Translations under genes and position numbers: made by a program
NCBI GenBank assembly: GCA_030867685.1
Contig: JAQOWU010000008.1
Location: 3,782,001 to 3,846,000, forward strand
DNA from: Wickerhamiella versatilis
Taxonomy: Eukaryota
Length of the DNA: 64,000 nt
Reading direction: 5' to 3'
The notes under the pieces: model-generated
Databases searched by the model: none
What the model saw: only the letters and a program-made list of their open reading frames with translations
Told to the model about the DNA's origin: nothing
In this document: positions 49,363 to 59,356 of the stretch, piece after piece
How the letters are laid out: each line of letters begins with the position of its first letter
Position numbering within the stretch: position 1 is the first letter of the stretch

Positions 49363-51570
49363 ATGCAGTCGATAAAAGGGAAGCTTGAAAGGTCGCGCCC
49401 ATTTGAATGGGCAAAGGAAAAAAACAAAAGCAAAGATGGCAATAACCATTCGGCTGCGACCCAACCAGTCCCCGCTAAGAATGAAGCGGAGGATGATAAC
49501 GATGGGCGTAAAACTCCTGGAACTGAAGGGCGAACAAAGTCACAAGATGCTAAGCAGAAAGTTCTAAATCTATTCCTCAAGGATAAATCTCCACAAACTA
49601 AGAGCAAAAGGTCTTCCCCAGAGCATTCTCGAAGTCCATCTGTTAGCTCCTCCATAAGAACTGGTGATCAGGAGCAAAAACCAGCCTCGGGAAACGCGTC
49701 CACAGCACCGCCGACGAAACCTTTTCACAAGTCAAGGCAGAAGTTAGGAAGAAGTCGTGATAGCAATGAGTCCTCGCGGAGCAGAAGCTCAGTGTCCTTA
49801 TTTGCACCCTTACCTTTTCCCCTGCTGCGTTCTCAGAGTTCGAATACAGGTTCGAGTCGAGAAGCTTCGATAGGCTTGGGTTTGCCGGGGTCAATGCCAC
49901 CAAGGCCACGTTGTCGCACCGACGGTGATATTCCGGAGTCGGAAAAACAATCAGACGCGCCAGCAGTCGTTTTGACCCCCTCTTTAGGAAGTTCAGTGGA
50001 AAGTAACCCACGGTCATTTGTATGGCCCCATTCGCGATCATATTCGTCGTCGCGGTCTCCCTCTCGCCCTCCATCGAGAGCCACTATGCCGAATATTCCT
50101 GAATTACCAAAATATGACGGCGAGATTACTGCTGTTACATACGCCAGCTCTGCTGCTGAAGTTTTTGAGGAGGCTGAATGTCTACCATTTGTCTATGAGC
50201 AACTTGCTTCGCGTCCTGAATCCTTTTATTCAGATGCTTTACAATTTCTCATAGTTACCCACTTTTCCTTTAAAGGTTTTCCAGTGGACATGGCATTGCG
50301 TCTTTTCCTCCTTAACGCTCGGCTTCCAAGTGAGGCACAGCAAATTGAACGCATGCTTCAGGCTTTTTCGGAAGTTTATGTGTTACACAACCCCGACGTG
50401 TTTTCTGACGTTGATCAAGCGCTATACGTGGTATTTTCGCTTGTGATTCTTCACACAGATACTTTCAATCGCAATGTGAAGCACAAGATGTCAAAGAGTG
50501 ACTATGTACAGGCTGCATATACTGAGGGAGTTGCAACCGAGGTCTTGGAGTACTTGTACGACAACATAACCTGTGCTCAATTTGTCAAAACTGAGGGTGA
50601 TCTGGCCAGCGCAACTTCATCTCTAGGAACGTTCTCTCCTGGAGGTCACCTAGACCCGTATCAATATATTATTGAAAAAACGCTGGATCAGTTGCGTCCC
50701 ACGTTGCCTGAGTATCGCGAGCCATGCATATCTTGCCCTCTGGAAAGTCTAGAGCAACTTTCCTCCATTAAAAACCGATTTTCCGAAGGCTGTGGCCATA
50801 CTATACAGCTTGTGTCTCCAAGGAGTCGGCCTGAGGCACACATAGATGTGCAGGAACCACAAGATGTGATAACTCAAGGGCGCCCTGGCGTAGTGGAGCT
50901 TAAACTTGTAAGACACGGGGTACTACAACGTCCTGAAGCTAAGCGTATGCTTGCTTCCCGTTCCAATCTACCTTGGCGTGGATGGGGTGCAGCTCTCACC
51001 GAAAGCAAGTTGTATCTGTTCAAAAATGCCTCGCGCATATCAGCCTGCGACGAGTCTGCTCCTGACGTCCTTGCGCGCACCACCATTGACTCACTCAATG
51101 CCACAACAATTCCTGTCCATGACGTAGCTGTATTGTTAAATGCATCCGCTAAAAGCTGCGAAGATCCACCCGCTGATCAGACTCTAGTCCTCACTGGCAG
51201 GGGAGGTAATGTCACAACTCTTGCAACTGGATCTCCTGAAGATGCCATTAGCTGGGCACAGAATCTGAATTACAGCGCGGTTCTGACTACGTATGCTTTA
51301 CATCCCGATCCCGAAGCTCGGAGAGATACTATCCATCATCATCTGGCAGAGATTGATAGAAAAATCTCCGATCTAGATGACCAGATGGCCGGCCATGAAA
51401 GAACATACCGCCATCTTAAGCTTCTCGCACCTTTGCAGCAAAAGACCCGGGAAGGTGTCATGTTTGCTGCTGGAATATATGCATCTAAGCGAGACTGGTG
51501 CTCGCTGGACCGAGCACGATTAAGCTGTCACAAAAACATACTTGAGCTCGAGTTAGAGATCCTAAAATAA
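49363..51570 (+). CDS. SYT1: Sec7-domain Arf GEF with PH-like region, Syt1-like
   Basis: DMALRLFL...RLPSEAQQIERML (Glu finger), FSLVILHTDTFNRNVKHKM, WRGWGAALTESKLYLFK, LAPLQQKTRE. Confidence 0.75.
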   Translation: MQSIKGKLERSRPFEWAKEKNKSKDGNNHSAATQPVPAKNEAEDDNDGRKTPGTEGRTKSQDAKQKVLNLFLKDKSPQTKSKRSSPEHSRSPSVSSSIRTGDQEQKPASGNASTAPPTKPFHKSRQKLGRSRDSNESSRSRSSVSLFAPLPFPLLRSQSSNTGSSREASIGLGLPGSMPPRPRCRTDGDIPESEKQSDAPAVVLTPSLGSSVESNPRSFVWPHSRSYSSSRSPSRPPSRATMPNIPELPKYDGEITAVTYASSAAEVFEEAECLPFVYEQLASRPESFYSDALQFLIVTHFSFKGFPVDMALRLFLLNARLPSEAQQIERMLQAFSEVYVLHNPDVFSDVDQALYVVFSLVILHTDTFNRNVKHKMSKSDYVQAAYTEGVATEVLEYLYDNITCAQFVKTEGDLASATSSLGTFSPGGHLDPYQYIIEKTLDQLRPTLPEYREPCISCPLESLEQLSSIKNRFSEGCGHTIQLVSPRSRPEAHIDVQEPQDVITQGRPGVVELKLVRHGVLQRPEAKRMLASRSNLPWRGWGAALTESKLYLFKNASRISACDESAPDVLARTTIDSLNATTIPVHDVAVLLNASAKSCEDPPADQTLVLTGRGGNVTTLATGSPEDAISWAQNLNYSAVLTTYALHPDPEARRDTIHHHLAEIDRKISDLDDQMAGHERTYRHLKLLAPLQQKTREGVMFAAGIYASKRDWCSLDRARLSCHKNILELELEILK

Positions 51571-51662
51571 AGTATAAAATCATTACAGTATTATGAACGA
51601 ATATGTCAATATGAATCCCATATACTTGGGTGAAAGTATGCGAAACCACGCAAGAGCACGGT

Positions 51663-51968
51663 TTATTTGTTGAAATGATAATCTGCGCGATTCGTACCGA
51701 TATTAAGAATTACAGGACAGCCGTCGCGGTCACGTTCAAGCCTGACGCATTCTCTACAATAAAATGCTGGAACAGTTGCGGGCATTCCACATACTATGCA
51801 CCTTTTGGATGTGTTAAACGCGCACTCATCACAAATTCGGACCGCCGCTGCAGGGTTCACAAACGAATCGCAAAGAGGGCATTTCCCATCACACTTGGAA
51901 CATAATTGTCCCGGCGTGATGCCTGGCTGCCTCAGACATATCACCAAGTCAGGTCTATGCCTATACAT
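51663..51968 (-). CDS. RDS3: SF3b subunit Rds3/PHF5A
   Basis: RHRPDLVIC...CSKCDGKCPLCDS...RICDEC...CIVCG...FYCREC...DRDGCP. ATG at 51968. Confidence 0.93.
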   Translation of the reverse strand: MYRHRPDLVICLRQPGITPGQLCSKCDGKCPLCDSFVNPAAAVRICDECAFNTSKRCIVCGMPATVPAFYCRECVRLERDRDGCPVILNIGTNRADYHFNK

Positions 51969-52035
51969 CTGCAAGTCATGATTATATGATCAGTCTAGTC
52001 TATATGGTCCTTAAAAAATTTAGTACTCGAATTTT

Positions 52036-52884
52036 TCAATCAGAATCGTCCAAGAATCTCTGGACCTCATCAACAAATTCCATAGGTTTTTCTGCTATAA
52101 CCCAATGTCCCGCATCAATGTCACGGACCACAAAGCGTGGGAAAAGCTCACCTATCAGTGGGAGTGCCTCATCTGGAACAAATGTAGATTTACTACCACG
52201 TATTACCAGGGTAGGCCCCTTGTAACAGTAGTCTTTAGGGATAAAAGGGAATTCGCCCACATTGTCCAATGACTTCTTCAGTATGTCTAAAGGAATGCGA
52301 CAATGGTAAGCACCAGTGTCATCTCGTTTGAAGTTAGACAGTAGAAACTGCTGTATTCCAAGATTTGGCTCGGCGCTGTCCATAATTTCCTGCATTTGTT
52401 TTTGCCTATGCAACCCCATTCTATCAATCTCCTGCATTGCCAGAATATATCGTCGGAAATCCACACTTAGCGGAGAGCTCACCGGACTGTTATCAACAGG
52501 AATAAGCGCAGAAACAAGCTTAGGACTGCGAAGTGCCACGGCCATTGCAACACGGGCACCCATAGAGTGGCCTATCATAATTGGCCGCTCTAAGCCTTTT
52601 TCTGCTATGAAATTTTCTACGTCTTCAGCCATCTTGACATAAGTATGCGGTGATTGATGTGGTGAGTCCCCATGGTTCCGCAAATCCGGACAATAAATGT
52701 CTTTTTTCAGGTTTCGAGATAAGATCTTCGAAACAGTACGGTTGTTAGATTTTGAACCGAATAGCCCATGTAGAAACACTATTGGAGATCCGGAGGCCCC
52801 ACCCCTCGGACTCCACTTGTCAAAAGCAAGTTCCACAGTATCTTTCACCTGTGAATAGAACCTACGACTATGTCGGAAACTCAT
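52036..52884 (-). CDS. IMO32: Mitochondrial alpha/beta hydrolase, ABHD11/Imo32-like
   Basis: FLHGLFGSKSNN, DLRNHGDSP, GHSMG nucleophile, AGHWV. Confidence 0.8.
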   Translation of the reverse strand: MSFRHSRRFYSQVKDTVELAFDKWSPRGGASGSPIVFLHGLFGSKSNNRTVSKILSRNLKKDIYCPDLRNHGDSPHQSPHTYVKMAEDVENFIAEKGLERPIMIGHSMGARVAMAVALRSPKLVSALIPVDNSPVSSPLSVDFRRYILAMQEIDRMGLHRQKQMQEIMDSAEPNLGIQQFLLSNFKRDDTGAYHCRIPLDILKKSLDNVGEFPFIPKDYCYKGPTLVIRGSKSTFVPDEALPLIGELFPRFVVRDIDAGHWVIAEKPMEFVDEVQRFLDDSD

Positions 52885-52934
52885 AACGGGGTTAGGGTAA
52901 TTAAGGCCAGTTCTTCCGGCAGGTTGACCTTTGG

Positions 52935-53354
52935 ATGCGCTTGGACACCATTGCTACGGGTGGCCCTGTCGAGAATTGGGCAGATTCTCGTGATGAGATC
53001 CTCTCACTTGTTGACAAGCATATCTCTGAGGGATTTGACAAGCCGGAAAGCCTTTTTCGAGATCCGCTCACTGGCATAACCACCAGTATATCGGACCTTA
53101 GACTGGAATTGGGGAAGGCATTATGGGGATTCGATAGTCCACCCTTCACCATCCAGCGCTTGGCTGAGTTGGCGTTACTGGAAAACTGTCGTGATCAGTA
53201 TCCTCGCCACGCTACCTATAAATATCTTTATGCCCTTCTCCATGTTGTGAGAGTGAAATCCACTCTGTCTGATTTTGATGAGATAGAACTACCAGATGTG
53301 GATGATAATGATGGTGTGAGACTTGACGAAATATCGTGGGCCCCACCCATATGA
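52935..53354 (+). CDS. PSY4: Minimal PP4 regulatory subunit R2 (Psy4/PPP4R2-like)
   Basis: Signature FDSPPFTIQRLAEL...KYLYALLHVVRVKS; only 139 aa. Confidence 0.7.
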   Translation: MRLDTIATGGPVENWADSRDEILSLVDKHISEGFDKPESLFRDPLTGITTSISDLRLELGKALWGFDSPPFTIQRLAELALLENCRDQYPRHATYKYLYALLHVVRVKSTLSDFDEIELPDVDDNDGVRLDEISWAPPI

Positions 53355-53437
53355 AGGTCAAGCTTGACGTCTGAAGATCAATGATTTTTTATGAAGCCAT
53401 ATGTATGATAAGCATATATATATATATGTACAGGTAA

Positions 53438-54277
53438 TTAGCGAGACAGAGCGTTGATTAGATCTTCCTTAGGCTTTGGTGCCAGGTCCGGCCGATTCCA
53501 TTCTGACGGGAACTTATGCTCAGGATAGAGGCGGAACCGGCGTTTCTCAGTTTTCATTGATGAGTCTGGGTTCAGCGGGATATCAGCAAAGTCATCGGAA
53601 GTATCCTTTGCGGCCTGAATCAAACGAGAGTATAAGTCACCTAAGAACCGTTTATTCTGGGCCTGTTCCGGAAATCTGGCTGAGGCAAGCGTGATCAAAT
53701 TCTTTGACATGTTATACCTTCTCCCAGCCACGAGCTTGAGCTTGTGCAGCTCCTTCCCCTTAAGACCACTTGACTCAGGCTTGAAACTGAGCACAACCTT
53801 TTTATTTGATGGATGGTCCTCACCCACCACAGCGAAATGTTTGAACTTCAATGGCAGTTGTGACTTATTCGGCCTGCGGTATTCGGATCTGTACTGTATA
53901 AGCTGAGGCAGTTCATATGCAGCTATGCGAGTGTAATGACGCTGGCCACGGTGTTCCTCGAGCTGTAGGTGACCAGCACTTGGCAAATCATCCCATTGGA
54001 ATTCAGGGCCGAAATCCTGTGGAGAGGGAATGTCTAGTGCCTTCACGACTTTATCATCAATTCTTGTCCTTTCAATATCGTCCTGGGGCACTTTTCCGGG
54101 CAATACTGCGTCATATGCTTGACGGACAATATCAGGCGGAGCGCCCAGCTCCTTCCCGGCAGTAACGAGTTGCTGCAAATCTTTTTCATTTTTGCGGTAG
54201 GAGCGGTCTTTATTCATACGCTCAAAGCCCTTCCGCAAAATATCGCGGGCACTCTGCGAATATAGGCGTCGGAACAT
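53438..54277 (-). CDS. RSM24: Mitochondrial ribosomal protein mS35
   Basis: EFQWDDLPSAGHLQLEEHR..RHYTRIAAYELPQL, GEDHPSNKKVV, QAQNKRFL, DDFADIPL. ATG at 54277. Confidence 0.9.
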   Translation of the reverse strand: MFRRLYSQSARDILRKGFERMNKDRSYRKNEKDLQQLVTAGKELGAPPDIVRQAYDAVLPGKVPQDDIERTRIDDKVVKALDIPSPQDFGPEFQWDDLPSAGHLQLEEHRGQRHYTRIAAYELPQLIQYRSEYRRPNKSQLPLKFKHFAVVGEDHPSNKKVVLSFKPESSGLKGKELHKLKLVAGRRYNMSKNLITLASARFPEQAQNKRFLGDLYSRLIQAAKDTSDDFADIPLNPDSSMKTEKRRFRLYPEHKFPSEWNRPDLAPKPKEDLINALSR

Positions 54278-54508
54278 GGCCTGCTCCAACTCTCTCTTCA
54301 GCACAGACGCTGACTCAGCTATATGTCGAAAGGTGCTAAATACTGGAGTACCCAGACGCAGATATCATCCCTACTATGAATGGATTTATGTCAATAGTAC
54401 TAGCATCATTCTGTTTATCATCCCCCCTGATTTTAAGTTGAGTAAAAGACAATGAAAGCTATTCCCTAGACGCACTTGAAAAATCCCCATTACATAATTT
54501 GATATTTC

Positions 54509-55279
54509 ATGTTCCGGCGCCAGGCTCTGCGTTTGGCACGGGGCTACGCCTCGGGAAACCCGCCAAAGCCTGCGGTGTCGGACTATTTGGTGGGGCTTCA
54601 AAATCCCGGTACCCGTGCAGAAGCGGATAAAGAGGCAGAGTCGTGGTTAACTGCTCTCCAGGAACTTAAGAAGGAGTATCGCCCCGACGGACGACTTTTT
54701 TCCCCAAGTAAAGTCTTCGCACCTGAGAATGCCACAGATGACTGGAGTATTTTTGATGAAGATGTCGAGCCTGCCCAAAAGATTGTGGTCACCCCAGAGC
54801 AGCAGGAATGGGTAAAGAGGTTGGAGGATAAAGAAATTCCTGCCTTGCGTGATGAAACTATGAACTACCTGGCAAATGTAATTATGCGTCACGGTAGGAA
54901 GGCACAGGCCGATCGTTATCTGAATCAGGCGCTATACTTGGTGTTCCTCCGCACGAGAAACGATCCAGTGGCTCAGTTAAGAAACGTGCTTGAACAGATG
55001 GCCCCCGTTGTGCGATTGAAGCGCTTTAGTGACGGTGGTGCAAGAGCAGAACTGGTTCCAGTGCCAATGACTGAGCGTCAACGTCTTCACCAAGCCTGGA
55101 CATGGATTTTAGAAGCTAGTGACCGTCATGAATCTCGCGATTTCCCGGTGCGCTTGGCAGAAGAGATAATCAGGGCCATCAACGGTAATAGTTCAGGATT
55201 CGACAAGAAAAAACAGCAGCATAAAACTGCCATTGCAAACCGTGCGTACGTTTCATTACTCACACGCAGACGGAGGTAG
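54509..55279 (+). CDS. RSM7: Mitochondrial ribosomal protein uS7m
   Basis: NVIMRHGRKAQA, VPVPMTERQR..AWTWI, RLAEEII, HKTAIANRAY. Confidence 0.9.
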   Translation: MFRRQALRLARGYASGNPPKPAVSDYLVGLQNPGTRAEADKEAESWLTALQELKKEYRPDGRLFSPSKVFAPENATDDWSIFDEDVEPAQKIVVTPEQQEWVKRLEDKEIPALRDETMNYLANVIMRHGRKAQADRYLNQALYLVFLRTRNDPVAQLRNVLEQMAPVVRLKRFSDGGARAELVPVPMTERQRLHQAWTWILEASDRHESRDFPVRLAEEIIRAINGNSSGFDKKKQQHKTAIANRAYVSLLTRRRR

Positions 55280-55333
55280 ACATGATAAAAAGACAGTGTA
55301 CATAATATACAAAATTTACAGTTATTACAGTAT

Positions 55334-56097
55334 CTAAGGGGACGAGGCCAACGATTGACGCTTCTTCTTCTTCTTCTTCTCCGGATCACTGCTACTGTGA
55401 TCCTTAGATCGCTTCTTGTGCTTAGTTCCCGATGTCGACTCAGCTGTCTCCGAGGGGGGTTCGGCGACATCAGTCGTCTCAGCGGGTTGGGCACCTTCAG
55501 AGGATTTCGCCTTAGTCTGGTTGTACGCGGTAACCTCCTCGTGGTACTTACGTTTCTCATCCTCGCCCTTAGCCTCGACCTTCTTACGCTCCGCTTCGGG
55601 AAGAGCATCCCAGCGCTTGCGGAGTTCCTCGTTCATCTCGGTGCGGCCAAGAACACGCTTGCCCTCCTTATTGAGCTCATCACGGACGACCTTGCGCTCC
55701 TCGTTAGACCATTGCAAGTATGCTGGAAGCGGTCGCTTGGGCGCGTCAGGGTCCTTTTTGCGGGGGCTTCGCTTCTTGCGGCCGTTAGACGCGTCCTGCG
55801 ACTGGGAAGAAACCTCCTCCGTATTCTCTGGCTCCGGCTCATCGGGTTTTGTCGTCGTTGCAGGCTTAGATGTGACGTCGAATACCTCCTTGACCTCTTT
55901 GAGCTTGACCGCGTCGAGACCAGCCTCTTCCAAACTCTCGATAAGTTCAATTGTCGCGTTAGAAGCCTCAGTAGCGGCTTTATTAAGTGTGAAAAGAGAG
56001 CTCACAAGCTTTTTAGTTAGTATCATCGTCTGCATTACCTGCCATTCCCACATACCTTATCTTTCCTTGATTTTAGTTCAGCAATATCAGTACTCAT
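55334..56097 (-). CDS. HMO1: HMG-box protein Hmo1; two exons (56056-56097 and 55334-56008)
   Basis: Spliced N-terminus MSTDIAELKSRKDK|LVSSLFTLNKAA matches the Hmo1 box A start; KKDPDAPKRPLPAY HMG box; Lys-rich tail. 47-nt intron GTATGT...TACTAAC-TAAAAAG. Confidence 0.88.
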
Positions 56098-56700
56098 TGA
56101 CGTGATAAGGTAAAGTCCCAAGAGGGGTTCCTATAGGCTTTCTCTTCTAAGCCTTGCTTAGGAAGCGAAAAGGAAGAGTTCCATTGCTTGTAAAGCACAC
56201 TTATAGGAGTTATGGTACCTTTACCTTTTACTTTACTATTATGAAGTTTCCCTGGCAACGAAAACCATGGACACAGAAGTCATAGTCTCGACATTTTGAG
56301 CTTGTAATAAACAAGTTTAACTGTAATTTCGCATATTTATCCAGTATACACAGGGAAAGGGTAGGGCTGCTGGACCAACGTGGTGTATAGATTTTCGAAA
56401 TCCTCCTGGTTGAGCTTCAGATATGGGGGGACCAAGTGAATGCCTCTTAAGAGGGGAAATGGGTATGTTCACGTAGATGAGTTGCTTTGCCCTGGTGATA
56501 ATACCCCTGTCAGTTCAATTCAATTCAATTAGGCTACATTTTCCCATGCTGTAGTAAATCAATATTTAGTGAGACTAGCAAGAATTAAATGCGGCGATAA
56601 GCACCGACATTGCTTTGAGCACTAAGATAGCAGCCAATAAATAGACCTTAGTTGAGGCAAAAGCATCCAGCAATCAAAGCGGTCTTAGTCAGCACACACG

Positions 56701-57369
56701 ATGCCTAGCGGTTTGAGCGATGATCAGGTCGCCAGTGAATTGACCAAGATGGTCGAGTTCATTAAGAAGGAGGCAGAGGAGAAGGCACGTGAGATCAAAA
56801 TCAAGGCTAATGAAGAATATGAGATCGAGAAGGCTGACGTTGTCCGCTCAGAGGTTGCATCGATCGATGCTAACTACGAAAAACGGTACAAGCAGGCACA
56901 GATGTCACAGCAGATTGTCAAGTCGACAACTGCCAACAAAATCCGTTTGAAGGTGCTTGGGGCCAAGGAGGAGATCCTTGAAGAGCTTTTGAACGCCGCA
57001 GAACAGGAGCTTCGTAAGAGCTCCAAAAACAAGAAAGACTACAAGAAGTTGTTGACAGATTTAATTGAAGAGGGTTCGAAGCTCCTGAAGGAGACCAAGA
57101 TTGTTGTACGTGTGCGGGAGGCTGATCAGGATTTGGCCGCTGATGCCATTGCTACTGCGGCAAAGGATATTCCTGAAATCGACTTCGCCCTTGACACTAG
57201 CTTCCTTTCCAAGGACTTAGCTGGTGGCGTTGTATTATTCGACCACACAGGAAAACTTTCAATTGACAATACTTTGGAAGGACGACTCAAACTTCTTGCC
57301 GAAAAGGCCCTCCCTAGGATCCGTCTAGACCTGTTTGGACCGTCAAAGACCCGAAAATTTTTTAACTAG
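56701..57369 (+). CDS. VMA4: V-ATPase subunit E
   Basis: ELTKMVEFIKKEAEEKAREIKIKANEEYEIEK, GGVVL, NTLEGRL, LFGPSKTRKFFN. Confidence 0.96.
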   Translation: MPSGLSDDQVASELTKMVEFIKKEAEEKAREIKIKANEEYEIEKADVVRSEVASIDANYEKRYKQAQMSQQIVKSTTANKIRLKVLGAKEEILEELLNAAEQELRKSSKNKKDYKKLLTDLIEEGSKLLKETKIVVRVREADQDLAADAIATAAKDIPEIDFALDTSFLSKDLAGGVVLFDHTGKLSIDNTLEGRLKLLAEKALPRIRLDLFGPSKTRKFFN

Positions 57370-57527
57370 AACCATTAGATTGTCAGGTGTAAAGCAAAGT
57401 CCTAACTATAGTATGATACTATTATTTCTTGAACCCGAATCAAAATATCAGTTTGATCATGGACATATATAAGCATAGGAAAGGCTAGTATGAACGTGTC
57501 TCTTTAGGTGACTTCATCTTAGTCTAT

Positions 57528-58223
57528 TTAGGCTTTCTTAAACACTTCTTCAACGTCAGTAACGGCCTGCTTCAAGACGTCGTTTTGGAATTTATCCGTT
57601 TCAATGGCCTTTTCAATCTTGCTGATGACAGTTTTAACCAGGTCCTGCTGCTCCCGCTGTCTAACCGAAGCTTCATAGCGGACCCAGGAGTCCAAGACCT
57701 CCTTTGCCCGGGCGGCGAAGTCGACCTGCTGCTTACGCTCAAACGACTCGGCCTCGAGAGCCACGGTCTCCTTAGAGACAGCGAAGAGGCTCTTGGTAGT
57801 GGAAGTCACATCACTGAGTTTCTCCACATTGTCGATACGGTCCTGAACAGCAACAACGTGCTCCTCACGGGCCTTGTTCAACTGCTCCTTAATGTTACCA
57901 ATGTAGCCCTCGGCCCACTGCTTGTAGCTGGGGGCAACCGTCTTCGACATGACGGCAATAACACCAGCAAAGCACGCCAGAAGAACAGTCTCTGGGTTAA
58001 CTACGTAAAGTGAGTTTGCAATCGCGTAGGATGCGCCGGCAAAGCCCGTGGCCAGAATACCACTCTTGCTGATGGCTGAGTTACCGGGAAGAGAGTCGAT
58101 GAGGCTCTGTGCCTTAGTCTTCGGGTCTGGTTGACTGGAATAAAGACGAAGGCCAACTGCCGGTGTCAGGCGGGCCGCCTGTGGCACCATACGAGCTGCG
58201 CTCACAGAGCTAGTGCGAAGCAT
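57528..58223 (-). CDS. ATP4: Mitochondrial ATP synthase subunit b
   Basis: DPKTKAQSLIDSLPGNS, LYVVNPET, VLDSWVRYEASVRQREQ. Confidence 0.96.
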   Translation of the reverse strand: MLRTSSVSAARMVPQAARLTPAVGLRLYSSQPDPKTKAQSLIDSLPGNSAISKSGILATGFAGASYAIANSLYVVNPETVLLACFAGVIAVMSKTVAPSYKQWAEGYIGNIKEQLNKAREEHVVAVQDRIDNVEKLSDVTSTTKSLFAVSKETVALEAESFERKQQVDFAARAKEVLDSWVRYEASVRQREQQDLVKTVISKIEKAIETDKFQNDVLKQAVTDVEEVFKKA

Positions 58224-58403
58224 GGTAGAAACTGGTGACTAATGCAAGAACCAATCACATCAATGGAGCATATCTGAATAATGAATTATAAATATTTGGC
58301 AAATATCAGCGAATGAATGAATGAATTTATGTGCAAACTAAGACGTATTATTATATCCAGAATTAACCTCTGCTATGACCAAGAACATCAATTAAAGAAT
58401 AAA

Positions 58404-59264
58404 TTATTCGTCCTCCTCGTCGTCCATTTCCTCATCGTCTGCATCATGCTCTGGAAGCACGCCGAGCTGGCGGACAAGAATTTGAACGATGTCTGTCCAC
58501 TCGCGCATTCCACCCATCCCTATGTCACCACAAACGAGTACTTTTTCCACTGGCTTTAAAATCAGTACAGAGGGAAAGTGATCTTTCATATACTGTAGAT
58601 GCCGCTTCGTCACGGGATTCGTGTACATATGTGTGTTCATAGCTGGTGCAAGTAGAATAGGCACCGCGGAGTTCCATACTCGAAAAAGTGATGTGAGAAG
58701 ATTATCACAAATGCCATAGCAGAATTTAGCCAATGTATTGGCTGAACATGGTGCTACTAGGAGCACGTCCGCCCACCGGCGAAGTTGGATATGCAGGGTG
58801 TTATCAATGATGCCAGTGCGTGATCTCCACTCGTCGCTGTCGAACCACACCTTCACATCTTTAGGGAGCTCGGAAGGGTCGAAGAAAGCTGTTGAAGCCC
58901 TTGTTACCACCAACTGGATTGCTGCTCTTCGACGATAGATTTGCTTTAGTTTGTGTATGATGAGTGGTATCTTGATGGTTGCTACCGAGCCTGTGACAGC
59001 AAGTAAGATGTGTAACTCGTCATCCTTCGATAGGGAGGGGCTCTTGGACCTTGTACGAAGTTCCTGCGAAGTCTGTAGCGACGGCTTCGCCACATCAGAG
59101 TTTTCTGGTCGCGGCCGTCGGGCTTCCTGCTGCCTTAGTATCGTCGGGGGATTATGCTCGCGGTAAGCCGTGGATTCCTCACTATCCTTAGTGAACGACA
59201 CGTTACGCGAATAGCCAGGAGGCCCTCCACTAGCGGGCGCTGCCGCTTCTGGGCGAGCCGGCAT
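58404..59264 (-). CDS. Phosphopantothenoylcysteine decarboxylase (Hal3/Cab3 HFCD flavoprotein)
   Basis: ILLAVTGSVATIK, LHIQLRRWAD, APCSANTLAK, PAMNTHMY, LVCGDIGMGGM, acidic tail. First ATG 59264. Confidence 0.9.
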   Translation of the reverse strand: MPARPEAAAPASGGPPGYSRNVSFTKDSEESTAYREHNPPTILRQQEARRPRPENSDVAKPSLQTSQELRTRSKSPSLSKDDELHILLAVTGSVATIKIPLIIHKLKQIYRRRAAIQLVVTRASTAFFDPSELPKDVKVWFDSDEWRSRTGIIDNTLHIQLRRWADVLLVAPCSANTLAKFCYGICDNLLTSLFRVWNSAVPILLAPAMNTHMYTNPVTKRHLQYMKDHFPSVLILKPVEKVLVCGDIGMGGMREWTDIVQILVRQLGVLPEHDADDEEMDDEEDE

Positions 59265-59356
59265 GCGTGAGCCGATGAATAAGCTCGTGACAGACCCTTT
59301 TCTCTTAAACGAGTTAACCACTACTCATTGATTTCATTTGAAATATAGGATAGTAT

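Noticed and set aside
55126-56105. Overlapping 105-229-aa ORFs on both strands of HMO1 (likewise over H2A/H2B, HSP78, ATP4, MTC1)
   Set aside because: Shadow ORFs caused by codon bias of real genes; no recognisable protein features.
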